In this document: positions 1 to 14,440 of the stretch, piece after piece
How positions within the stretch are numbered: position 1 is the first letter of the stretch
Layout of the letters: each line of letters begins with the position of its first letter
Origin: Auanema rhodensis
Taxonomy: Eukaryota > Animalia > Nematoda
DNA: 64,000 nucleotides
Direction of reading: 5' to 3'
Assembly: GCA_964057225.1 (NCBI GenBank)
Contig: OZ059899.1
Coordinates: 5,952,001 to 6,016,000, forward strand
The notes under the pieces: model-generated
What the model saw: only the letters and a program-made list of their open reading frames with translations
Told to the model about the DNA's origin: nothing
The model's database searches: none
Translations under genes and position numbers: made by a program

Positions 1-708
1 CTCATTTAGTTAAAAAGCCGGTCGTCTATGTTCACAAAGAATTTCAAACTTGCAAACATTCCACTCTCGATTTTTTTCTCTTTCCTTCTCGCTCACTATT
101 TTCAATCTAGAAGTTTATAGCTTATCGTATATCGGCCAGTTTGGTCAAGTTCAAGCTCCCAATTCAACACGTGATCAACATTCATTTGGGCTCCTATTCA
201 CCTATTGCACGTTTTGCTCAACTCATTCCAGCATCCACGTTCGTAGGTTGACCAAATTCTTATTCAAGCTATAGTAGTGGAAGATTTGAGTTGGTGATTG
301 GCTTCTGACGTTTAAAATCAACATTTAACCACGTAGTCAAACATCGACAAAAGATTCGGAATTCCAGATAAAGCGAAAAGGCGGCCGACTATGCTGTGTT
401 CTGTTAAACTTAATTCTGTTTCTGTCATGACCCTTATCGCATTCGTGGAGGATACACTTTCCCTTTTTTGCCTTCTCAATCCTCTTCGATCTCGTTCACA
501 TCTCATACAGACTGACTACTCTTCATCCTCTTCCTCATTTCAAATAAGATATCCGAGTTCAATGTATTGAAAGTGAGATTACAGATGTACTTCGGTCCGG
601 GATATTTTTAGATATCCCCATCTTACTTTTTTCAATTTTTAAAAAAATTATAATAAATCAAAAAGAAATCTCCTAGTTTTGCTAATTGATTGAATGGTAG
701 GAAAATCA

Positions 709-3068
<2,360 letters not shown>

Positions 3069-3076
3069 AATGGAAG

Positions 3077-3083
3077 CTGAAAA
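3077..3083 (-). promoter_or_regulatory. Putative trans-splice acceptor (TTTTCAG) 8 nt upstream of the tubulin ATG
   Basis: Minus strand reads ttttcag-cttccatt-ATG. This is the canonical nematode 3' splice/trans-splice consensus, with no upstream coding exon. Confidence 0.6.
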
Positions 3084-3441
3084 TGGATAAAAGAAACTAA
3101 AAAGTTAAATATTTATAAGAATATATAATAATTTATTTAAAAATAATAGAATATAACATATAAAATGCTTTAACTTAGTGATATTATGATAAAAAGCTAG
3201 AGAGTAGACTATATGAAATCATTTCTATGGAAAGGCAGAAGAAAACACAAGGAACAGTAAAATAAGTATGTAAATGTTTTCAATTTTTTTAAGAAAAACT
3301 TCAAGTATCACAATATTGCTACGTTTCAAAAAGAAAAAATGCAGTAAAGCTTGGTGCAAAAGCTTTATATTCACTGGATGGATGCCCAAATCGATGCTTG
3401 ACTGGTTGCCGGCAGTTGCTGGTCAGCCCACAGCTGCCAAC

Positions 3442-3455
3442 GTTACCATGCCAAC
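3442..3455. promoter_or_regulatory. X-box-like (RFX/DAF-19) element upstream of tbb-4
   Basis: GTTACC-AT-GCCAAC has one mismatch to the RTHNYY-WT-RRNRAC consensus. It lies about 375 bp upstream of a ciliary-type tubulin, with extra GTTGCC/GCCAAC half-sites at about 3405-3441. Confidence 0.5.
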
Positions 3456-3804
3456 AAGGATTCAACATTTGTTTATGTTGTTCCGCCCCTTCTTTCCATA
3501 ACCTTGCCGTATCTGCCGCTCAGTTACCTTCCTTTTCCATTGGAATATCCATATGGAGGTTCAAAATGACCCTTACCGGACCAAAACAAAGAAGGAACAG
3601 GAGCATAACATCTTCTGGCTGGAGAAAAAATTATGTGTAACTTGAGCTAGCTTTAGTTTTTGAATATCATGATATAGGATTTGTAAATCAATAAGATTAA
3701 AAAGATAAAACTTTATGATACAATGAAGACTAGAAACAAAAAGTTCAAGTAAGATAAAAATTTAAAAAAGTATTATAAGCATGCATTAACTTGATTTAAA
3801 ATTA

Positions 3805-6777
3805 TTAATAATTGTTAATATTTCCTGCTGAGCATTCCACTAAATCGGAAGCTGCGACACATCTATTAAGCTCGTTTGAGAACAGCATACCCGTATCACA
3901 ATGAAGAGTAAGACCCTAAATGTCAAAGGTTGAAGATTTATCATCAAATAACTAACCAATCCTTCTGAACAATAGAAGAAGTTGCTTGAACATGGAGTTC
4001 TTGAAAATGATCCTTCCTCTTTGCAAGGGAATGAACCTATACAAATTTTAAGCATGTGTTTCTTAAACTATGATATACCTCTGAGATTAGCAAGAGATAA
4101 ACTAGAACTTTGAAGAATTTTCTTATCTTCATTCAGCAGAACTTTCTCCATTTCTTGCTCCTTCTCAATACTTTCGTATACAGAACTTTCTCCGGTAAGA
4201 GCGGCAACTTCGAGAACTTCGCGAGAACATATGGAATGTTGAGACATCACCACACATCTAAAAACATTTCCTAATATAGCCTTACAACAGAAAAGTAAAT
4301 ATACTTTTGAGAAGGCTCTTCGAGTGTTTCTCCCTTGGAACATGAAGATTTCAGAGCTTGTCCGCTGATACAAATAAGATATTCTTGCTGGCATCCAAGT
4401 GAAATACGTCCATCATAACTGCTTGAACAGAGCCGATCTTAAATTAGTTCATAATAGTTAAAAAGTTATAAACATACTCAAAGAATCTTCAAATCCGTAC
4501 GATGGTGTAGTTGGAGAAGCGGTAACAGCTACAACATTAGTAATCATTATAAAAGATAAATTTTAAAATATTACCTATTTCATAAACATGATTGGTCTTC
4601 TTATGAAGGCATTCATTAATGTTTGAAGCTGATTCACAATATCCTTTATGTTCATCATAGATCAAATTGTAAGGGCAAGCCAATAATCTAGCGAAGTGAT
4701 TTCTACAGGACAGAAGTAACGAGGAACATCCGAGAGAATAGAAACCGTCATCACGATTCTTACATAATGTAATACCTGGGTGAAGAAATAAAAAATATAT
4801 ATTAATGTACAAAACTCACTAGTCTCAGGTCCAATCTGTTTCAAGGAGCTTATGAATGTATTTCTCTTCTCGTCTTCAGATAATCCAGATCCTTCGAGAG
4901 TTTCAATTCCATAAACTCCTGAGGATTCCTCATAGTATTCTCCTGAGCCTTCGGAGCCACTTCCCTCAATACCAGAACCATCGATACCACTTCCTGTATT
5001 AGCCAAATCACTTATGGTTCTACATTTCAACAACCTTCAGTTCCACTGTTTTCTGCTTCTAGTCCACTAGACTGATCAAACAATGCCTCACTTTCGAAAT
5101 CTTTGGAAGCTTCCTCTTCATAATCCTAAACTTCTTAAATTCGTCCAGAATTAATAATATTGAACAAACATCGCCAAGAACTCCGGAGCTTTCTATTTTC
5201 GGTTCGTCGAAAAAGAAAGGAGTGAATGGAATCGGTTTGAAACGATCTTCCTTGTTCACTGCTTCACCGGAACCTTCTCCAGATCCTTCTTCACCGGAAC
5301 CTTCTCCAGATCCTTCTTCACCGGAACCTTCTTCACCGGAACCTTCTCCAGATCCTTCTTCACCAGAACTTTCTCCAGATACTTCTTCACCAGAACTTTC
5401 TTCACCAGAACTTTCTTCACCAGAACTTTCTTCACCAGAACTTTCTTCACCAGAACTTTCTTCTCCAGAACTTTCTTCTCCAGAACTTTCTTCTCCAGAA
5501 CTTTCTTCTCCAGAACTTTCTTCTCCAGAACTTTCTTCTCCAGAACTTTCTTCTCCAGAACCTTCGTTATCACGGCATTCGGCAACAGCTAAAGGATAAT
5601 CACAAAGCTGACGGGTTTCATCAAAAGCCAATTCAGACGGGCAGTTCATTGTAATAGCTCTTCCTTGAATGAAAACGTGATAAGACTTTTAATACATTAC
5701 TTCTTACCATTAGTACAAGCCATGAACCTATCAGAACAGTTCTTAAAACTATACAAGCCGTCTTCAGCGCAATCAGCTGGCAATGCAGAAGATTGACACT
5801 CTCGAACATTAGCTGGGAATTCGCATGCCTGAATGCTGAAAACAAAATTTTATAATTGAATGATTAGAAAACCACAGACATTCCGTCGAAAACTAAAGTA
5901 GGGGGACACGACATGACATGTGAGATTCCATTACTACATGAAATGAATACAGGTGAGCACTTGCCAGAAACCATAATACCATCCTCAGAACAGTCTTAAT
6001 TGTCTTTACATAATCATGAACAGCACAAATCCATACCATGTTCGGTCCTGAACTCAGTGCCGAATGATAGATTTTGACATTCTTCAATATTTTCCATTCC
6101 AATGCATGCTTCCTGTTCTTCAGAATAAGCCATTCCTCCAGGGCACTCGAAAAGGCTTCAAGCATAGGACATTAAAAAGACATTTAAGCTAATGTTTACA
6201 CCTGGGAAGTCCTTCAGTACAGCGAATAAACGAACTAGAACAAGCAGAAACAGAATGGAAGCCATCATCTAAGCCATTACAAGCCTCTCTAGGTATAGCT
6301 ACAAAGAATTAAATTATCTTACTAATCATCTAAGACTAAACCTTGAAGAGCAAGAGCGTTTACAAGTTCACCGTTTTCAGAAGAATCACATCCCGTTACT
6401 TCAGAAGGAAGAACACATTCTTGTTTGTTCTGGTTACAGGTAGATTTGAAAAACAGAACTCAAGTAATAAAAACCTCATCAAACCAAGTTCCAAAAGGAC
6501 ACATAGCTGTAAAATGTTGTTGGGACTGTTGGCAGAATAAAATCGAAGGTCCACATTCCTATAAACGTTATTTAAATTTGCAAAGTATTAGATCTACCTG
6601 GCTATATAATCCAAATTCTCTTCCTGCACAGGGTGAAAAATCTTGTTCTAATGCTATGGGATGTAAGCCAAGTAAGAAAGAGTCATCGGACACGACTAAA
6701 AATTTGATTATGCTGCATAAAAAGTTCCCTTTCTTACCTGATCCTAACAAGAGTAAGTGTGTTAATATTATTAGCAT
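3805..6777 (-). CDS. Secreted chitin-binding (peritrophin-A/CBM14) chondroitin proteoglycan, CPG-2/CBD-like eggshell-type protein
   Basis: Hydrophobic N-terminus MLIILTHLLLLGS. About seven six-Cys CBM14 modules after splicing, e.g. CKNRDDGFYSLGCSSLLLSCRNHFARLLACPYNLIYDEHKGYCESASNINEC. Acidic Ser-Gly clusters (EESSG/EGSG). Ends ...RCVAASDLVECSAGNINNY* (TAA at 3805-3807). Confidence 0.88.
5265..5565 (-). repeat. Coding 15-bp/12-bp minisatellite encoding (EESSG)11 plus EGSG/EEGSG units
   Basis: Plus strand shows tandem ttc(t/a)ccagaactttc units followed by ttcaccggaaccttctccagatcc variants. Confidence 0.95.
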
Positions 6778-7523
6778 CTGAATTGATCTTATTATTAATT
6801 AGAAAGTATAAGTTAATTGATTATAAGCAATAGGAACAAATAATATGCCTAACAGGACATAACCGTTCCGAAAACTTGACAAGTAGATAACTATTCGTAA
6901 CTATACGTCTACTTCTAACTTTATATTGTTTTGTATTATTATAGATCAGTAACATTAATCCAAATTCCCGCGTTACCTCTCGAAACTAGATCAAATAACA
7001 TTTCTTTTTTGAATTCTCATCTTAGAGTTTATACTCTTAGCTATACAAGAGTACGGTAACCCTTCACATCCTCGACATGCTGCATTCTGTTGTTCAAAGC
7101 CCAATATGAGGTATCTGAAAAATTAAAAGTCCATATCCAAATTCACAAATAAAACTAGGAATTATATTATATAAGTTGAACAAGCTTATGTAATGTATAT
7201 TTTAAAATATACTAAATTTGAGATACATGCATTTTCAATGATATTTACTTCCTCATGATACTTTGGCATTATTTAATTGATATAGTTTATAATTGATTCA
7301 GTTTAAGCATTTTTATAAACCGATATTTCAAAGCGAATATTATAATTTCCATGTTTATTTCCATAGAAGGTCCAGTACATATAGTTTATGTATTAGTAGG
7401 TGGAACAATTTTAAATGAAACGTTGTATGTGCATTTTTGCGTGGAACGTCCTAATAATTTATATTTCATAGTAATCAACTATTTAATTATATAAAGTTCA
7501 TCGGATTGTAGGGTTCAGCAAGG

Positions 7524-10500
7524 ATGAAGAATAGATTTACTACTTTAGATGTTATTGCTGCTGTTCATGACCTAAAGCCTCTAGTAGGCATGAGGGTTAA
7601 TAACATTTATGACATTAATTCAAAAACCTACTTGATTAGGTTACAGAAGTAAGAAACATTCTATAAACAAGCTAGATTAAAAAATTTAGACCTGATGAAA
7701 AGGCTGTTATTCTGTTTGAATCCGGTATTCGAATACAAAAGACTAACATAGAATGGCCTAAAGCTCAGTTTCCATCTTCGTTCAGTATGAAAATGAGAAA
7801 GCATGTGAAGCAAAAGCGGTACGTACTACTAAATGAAATAAAAATTATGTAAAAGTTCAGACTTGAAAATATCAGTCAACTTGGAGTTGATAGAGTTATC
7901 GATATGAGATTTGGAGATGAAGATAGAGCAGTTCATATAATCGTGGAACTGTATGATAGGTATACTAAGACATTCCTTATCTTTTTCTATTAATATCTTA
8001 TTAAGAGGAAATATTTTGTTAACCGATCACGATTATGTTATTTTAAATATATTACGACCTCGAACAGATAAAGATACTGATGTCCGGTTCTCAGTAAAGC
8101 AAACGTATGTCAGAATATTTAAGGCTTTAACTATAATTTAAGTCTAGATATCCTGTCGGTATGGCTCGAACAGATGATGATTTACCGAGTGTACAACAAA
8201 TTCAAGAAGTTTTCTCAAATGCCAAGAAGGGTGATAATCTTCGTAGAATGTTAGCTCCTCTAACTCAAATGGGAGGCCCACTCATTGATCATGCATTACA
8301 ACTTTCAGGCTTTCCCCATAACGCTCAAGTTAGTTAAGAAACAGAACATCAGTGTAACTTTCTTTTTTACAGATCTTGAAAACTGTGGAAAATACTCCTG
8401 AAGTAGTTAGTCAAGTTCACGATGCTTTGAAAAAAGGACTACTAGTGTATAACGAAATTAAAGAAAAAGCTTGTAAAGGTTTTGTCACTTATAAAGAAGA
8501 AAAGCGTGTTGATGGATCTTGCTTGGAGACATATCAGGTAAACGAATGAGGATATATTAAATAATTTATAATTTCTCTATAGGATTATCATCCATATTTA
8601 TTTTCGCAATGTCAGTCAGGATTATTCAAGGAATTTTCTTCGTTTAGTGAGGCAGTAGATGAGTTTTATTCAAAACTCGACGAGCAAAAACAAGTATCTA
8701 AACCCAAGAAATTTAATGTTTAATTGTTTTAATTTCAGGATCATCGAACATTGACAATGGAACGTGATGCACTTAAAAAATTAGAAAATGTTAGAAAAGA
8801 TCAAGAAGGTAGAGTTCAAGCGCTTGCTGAATGTCAGGAACGTCAGAAGCTTATTGCTGAGAGAATCATAGTCAATAAAGTTCGTGTTTAATAATTTGAT
8901 AAAAACAATAACTTATTTCTCAGGAGTTTGTCGATAAAGCTATTCATCTTATGCTTTCTGCAATTGCTAGTCAGTTATCATGGGAGGCTATTGAAGAAAT
9001 GTTGAAAAAAATGCTTGATGTTGAGGACCCAGTTGCTCAGTTTGTAATACGGTATTAAATCGCAGTAATTTATTAATATAGAGCTATTGTTAAACTGAAT
9101 TTGGATAGCAATCAATTCACTCTCAGATTAACCGATCCTTATGACCCTGATGAACCACCGTGAGCTTTTCATCTTCTTCAAAATTATTATGTAGTTTTAT
9201 AGTATTGATGCTATTATTGACGCTGGCTTGAACGCATTTCAAAATTCTCGGAAATATTTTGATGACAAAAAAGCTGCTGCTGAAAAAGTACAGAAAACGC
9301 TAGCTTCCGCAGGAAAGGCTATCAAAAATGCTCAAATGAAGACTAAAGAAACCTTGGATCAACTTGAACAAGTTGTTATCTGCTGTAATTTGTATTTATA
9401 TTGCCTCAAACTTATTTATAGACTCGCATCCGAGCTACTAAAAAGAGAAAACAAATGTGGTTTGAGAAATTTCTATGGTTTGTGTCTTCAGAAGATTATA
9501 TTGTAGTGGCTGGACGTGATGCTCAACAAAATGAACTTTTAGTTAAACGGTATAATAATATGTATATATGTTTTATAATCTAGTGGTCTATTCAGATATT
9601 TAAGAGAAGGCGATGTATACGTTCACGCTGATATTCGTGGAGCTGCTTCAGTCATTGTCAGGTATTTCTTTTATAATTCCTTGTTTTCTTCGAAAATAGC
9701 ATCTATTTAGAAACAAAGCGGGGAAAGGAAATATTCCTCCGAAAACGTTAACTGAAGCAGCCCAAATGGCAGTTTGCTATTCAAATGCTTGGGATGCTAA
9801 AGTCGTATCTAGTGCTTGGTGGGTCAAACATGATCAGGTTAGTTGAGATTTTGTGAATTTATAAATCTTGTTTTAAGGTCTCTCGAACTGCGCCAACTGG
9901 AGAATATTTGAGTTCTGGTTCTTTCATGATAAGAGGAAAAAAAAATTATATGCCTGCAAGTCAACTTGTAATGGGTTTTGGTATTTTATTCAAAGTTGAC
10001 GAAGAAGGCATTGAAAGACACCATGGCGAAAGAAAAGTGAGGTTGTAGATGAATGAAATGTTTAGTATTCTATCCAAGGTGGCCGAAGTTAGTGAACAGG
10101 AAGAGAAAATTGAAGAGAAAGCTGAAGACGAAATTGAAGTCGAAAACGGAAGCGATGAAGATGAGAACAGTGCCCCTGCATTACAAGAAGATGTCAACGA
10201 GGATGAATTCCCTGATGTTCAGGTTTTAATTCTTTTTATATTTCTATTGAGATAGAAATTTATTTAGGTAAATATTCCCGTGTTGAAGTCGGTACAAGAG
10301 GATTTCTCTATCTTAGAGATAGGTCAGAAAGGAGGTAAACGACCTAAGCAGGCAAAGAGTTCGAAGGCAGAAGAAACCCAGAAATACCTGGAGACAAAGC
10401 ATGAAGAAGAGCGAAAAGTTAGAAAGGTTCATAATCGCAAAAATAATTGTAATGTAGGCTGCACAAGCTAAACAAGGCCCTTCTAAAAGACAAAAACATA

Positions 10501-11205
10501 AGATGGATAAGATGAAGAAAAAATATAAAGATCAGGATGATGAAGAACGTGAGATCAGAATGATGTTGTTGGGTAGTAGAGGAAAGCCTAAGCCACAACC
10601 AACTGATAATAAACCGGAGCCCATACAAGAGCCTCAGCAAAAGGTAAATAAAAATGTATTAACATCCTACCTTGTTCTTTCAGATAGAGGATAAGCGTGA
10701 AGAAAAAAGAAAAGAAAAAATAATACCAGCTGACGAAGATGACAGAGAAGATGAAATAGTACACGTTGAAGACAGTGAAGGTGGTGTATTTTTATTTCTG
10801 TTTTAAAAATTTGATTTTTTTTAGCATTACTTCCTCAACTTACTGGAAAGCCATTTAGCGAAGACAATATTTTGTTTGCAATGCCTGTAGTTGCCCCCTA
10901 TCAGGTTAGTGAACCTATTGGATAGATGGTCTAAATTATATTTTTTAGGTTCTTACAAATTATAAATTCAAAGTCAAGCTAACACCTGGAACTGGGAAGA
11001 GAGGTAAAGCTGCCAAAAGTGCTATGGAACTATTTTTGGTAATATAATTTTTCGATTTTCATTAGCTAGTAAGAGTTTTCAGAGAACAAAGCTGGCTACA
11101 ATTCAAGAGGACGCCCAGATGCGCTTACTTTTAGGAGATGAAGCAACTGCCAGAAATATCCCAGGAAAAGTTCGCGTATCAGCTCCACAACTTCATGCTA
11201 AATAA
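7524..11205 (+). CDS. NEMF: Ribosome quality control factor NEMF/Rqc2 (NFACT-N, HhH, coiled coil, NFACT-R, NFACT-C)
   Basis: Spliced motifs: [144 protein letters not shown], ending VSAPQLHAK*. The N-terminal Asp9 and the DR pair corresponding to the yeast Rqc2 CAT-tailing residues are present. Confidence 0.95.
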
Positions 11206-11445
11206 TGCACGCGGATATACTAGGATTGACCAAAAGTCCGATCATATTTTCGGGTATCAAGGATATGGTTTTTTCAAGAAGTTATCAAAATTTTGAATAA
11301 ATAAAGCTATTTATTTTCTCCACATGTTCTTCTTATTATCAAAAACGTGCAAGTGTGCATCGAATTAGCATTAGGGCAATTAGTGTAAATGACGCATATT
11401 CCTGCTCTGAAGCTAATTTGAATATTGTCTTATTCATGTTGGCAC

Positions 11446-12257
11446 ATGGAAGCGTGCAATTTTGTACAAGCTGATATGATATCTTCTGAGGTTGATCGTG
11501 ATATTACTAATGCAGAAGTTAGTAACAATGTGATACAAAGTCTGATCTCTTAGTCATTATTTAATTCTACTTTTAATTTTCAGATGAGCATACAACGCCA
11601 ACGAGAAAGACTCTGCAAGTTTGTGTATACAATATGATAATATCTATTATTAAAATTGCAGCTTGATCCCAATGAACCCATTATTTCTCCTAAATCTATG
11701 AGAGTAGTTTCTCCGTCTCAAAACAGTATCGCCAGTCCGGTATTTGTTGTATACTACTTTTCATACGTTTCATACTTGTTATGGTCAGGGTCGAACACAT
11801 CGTAAACAAAGAGCTCCTGAATATTCTACCATAAACACTTCGAGCGGTAGCGGTTTAACTTCACAATTTCCAACTCCTAATAAGCATGATATGTGGGGTT
11901 CTCGTTTGCAAACCCCTACTAAAAATGATATGCGAACTTCGTTGCTTTTTAAGCAGTTTCTTAATAGCCAAGTAAATTATTTATTTTCTTTTAAATAGTA
12001 TTATAATTTATGAATTATTTTCTTTGCAGAATGTAGTCAGTAACAATTTTCTCAATTGTGAAGGAACTCAGCAAACGAGAATGATACGTACGGAACCACT
12101 TGGACAAACTCTTTATTCTACTGTTCCAATAGTTAGTTTAATTTAAATTTATATGCTATTACAGTCACATATATACCAAATAAATATACGAATATATTAT
12201 TTGCAAGGGCATGGGTCATTTTTTGATACTCCTGTAACCTATACCCTCCACCCTTAA
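11446..12257 (+). CDS. Small multi-exon protein of unknown function, S/T-P rich
   Basis: Six short exons join in frame through GT-AG introns: MEACNFVQADMISSEVDRDITNAE|MSIQRQRERLCKF|LDPNEPIISPKSMRVVSPSQNSIASP|GRTHRKQRAPEY...TPNK..TPTK..FLNSQ|NVVSNNFLNCEG...STVPI|GHGSFFDTPVTYTLHP*. The start and one donor site are uncertain. Confidence 0.6.
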
Positions 12258-13604
12258 CAGTCTTAGCCTTTAATCTGTCAGCAATTTCTCGCAATTCTTG
12301 GTGAATTACTTAATGAGTCAAAGGTAAATCTTAAACATTGATGTGATTCTTATCGCCCTTGATTTATACCAAATGTATAGCAAACAGCGTTTTTGTTTAT
12401 GCTAGAAATGTATAACGTTAAGCTGTACCTACCTTGCAGCCAGCTTAAGGGTAAACATAAATATATTCTTCACATACAATAGACCCATCATACTAGCTTA
12501 CTCTAGACTGCTATCTTTACACTTTTGTTCTCTAGCAGGTACATATTCTTACTCATTCAAATGACCGCGAAGTCTTCTTAATTGTGTCGTACCTCTCATG
12601 TTGGCTCTCCAAAGGTGGTGTAAATACTTCTCAATGTTTGGTGCTACAACCCTAGCGTGGTGTTCTCGCTTTGCTTCAGAGCTCAATCGTTCATATTTTG
12701 AGCCTATGAACCGTATATTCCAATCACCTTCTTCATTAGCTTCGTTTCTTCCTTTATCTGTATTTATCCTGCATTTATTTCCTATAATTCAATTTTTATG
12801 AAGCAAAACAAAAGTTTTTCTGTTTGTTGTTCATACTAAGTCAATGTCTGTTGTCTAAATTATATTGAAACTTTACAAACTTTGCGGAAGCTTAATAGCG
12901 ACTCATAAATCTTCTTTCACAACCTGAACGTTTGTCATTTTTGACATACTATGCTGTTGTTTATCCGGTATTCAATCGATATGTGTCAGCTCAGTAAGGA
13001 AGACACATTACAATGTGAGGATCGGACTACTAGGTTTGTACGGCCTAGTAGCAGCTGTTGTACTGTTCGCTTATTGAATGGCACGCTATCGTCTAAATCT
13101 CTATGGGGGCTCAGTCCGGATCTATAGTTTCTGTCTTCCCGAATAGGGTGGAGATATGCTGTCCGGGACAAGGTCAACGCTAACTATCTAGTTCACTTAG
13201 CAATACAGATAATGACCAGATGGTTCCGGACGCCGAATACTTACTTACCTAATTTAGTGTGCTCATTCTTGTTTGCCATTTTATTCAAGCTGTTTCTGTC
13301 TTGGTCGCCACGTTTGAAGCATTTTTGCTTAATTCAATTTATCTTATTTTATTACTAAAACTAGGAGCTTGTTTTATCCGAATTTACTTATTCATTTTGT
13401 ATTTACAATCAGATGACATCTTGCTGTCAAGGGTCATACTTTCTTTATAGCAGTTCTAATATTTTTTTATTCTATAGTTTGTATCAGTTTGTATCAAATT
13501 TTATCAAAACTAGTGCATTAGATATATGTTTGCATATAACTTCAAGCTATTTTATGACTTATGAAATATGAATCATTTTTCTGTTTCCTTGTTTCATTCT
13601 TACC

Positions 13605-14440
13605 ATGGAACGCTTTGAGCATTGTTATTCTATTCGCAAAACTTATAATCTTCGTAAATATTGCAAAAAGGAGGTAGTTCTTGTATATTTGTTTTTATCT
13701 TTTCAATTTTTACATATGAAACTTTAAGATATCTTCGTTTTCTCCGCGAAAGAATATGGATATTACTAAGGAGTCTTCTGCTTCACCTAGTCGAAGAAAT
13801 CGCAGCACCAGTAGAGGACGCAGAAGAAAGCCTGTTGACCATATTTCGATACCTGAAAATGTTGATAGCAGCTTTGTGGTGAGAAGGTAAATTAGCATTT
13901 AATGTTGTTTATACTATGAATATATTGTAGGTCAAAGAGACAACAAGAAAAAAAAGCTTCCCTTGGTGAGATATAGACTTCAACCATATGTATAATGCAA
14001 TTTTTAGACTTTGATGCTAATAATAACATAGTTGAGGATCTTAACAATAACATTGAAAAAACCTGTAAGGATGCTAATACAAGCATGAATGAATCCTTAC
14101 TTGTGGTATGTTTTTCTTTGTCCTTGAGAGCTTATCGACCTTATTTAAAGCCAGCGACTCCAAAGAAGCCTTCTTTCCTCAACTCATCCACGGATTCCAT
14201 TAGAGAGTTTGCTCGTGCTCATCCAGTTATAGAGCGCTTTGCTCCAATCGTCTTATTCGTAAGTTTGGAGTTCTATTCCTTCTCATCATTATTTAATTCG
14301 TGCAGATTCTCTTTGTGGTTGGCATGTACTTTGTGACTGAGTTATTATACGAAAGAGGAGCCTGGAAGAAAATATATTCCATGATGCTGACATTGGCTGA
14401 TCGAGTCAGAGCTCACCTACCATTGAAAAAAAAACTTTAA
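13605..14440 (+). CDS. Unknown protein with basic Ser/Arg-rich N-terminus and one C-terminal transmembrane segment
   Basis: Spliced: MERFEHCYSIRKTYNLRKYCKKE|ISSFSPRKNMDITKESSASPSRRNRSTSRGRRRK...|...PATPKKPSFLNSST...ERFAPIVLF|ILFVVGMYFVTELLYERGAWKKIYSMMLTLADRVRAHLPLKKKL*. Confidence 0.65.

Noticed and set aside
5222-5599. (SSPEL)n and (KVLEK)n ORFs
   Set aside because: They are shadow frames of the EESSG minisatellite. Only the Ser-Gly frame connects to the chitin-binding domains.
13104-13121. RNase MRP RNA call from GGGGCTCAGT
   Set aside because: No CR-I (GAAAGTCCCC-like) partner is visible upstream, so P4 cannot form. Kept only as a generic structured-RNA candidate.
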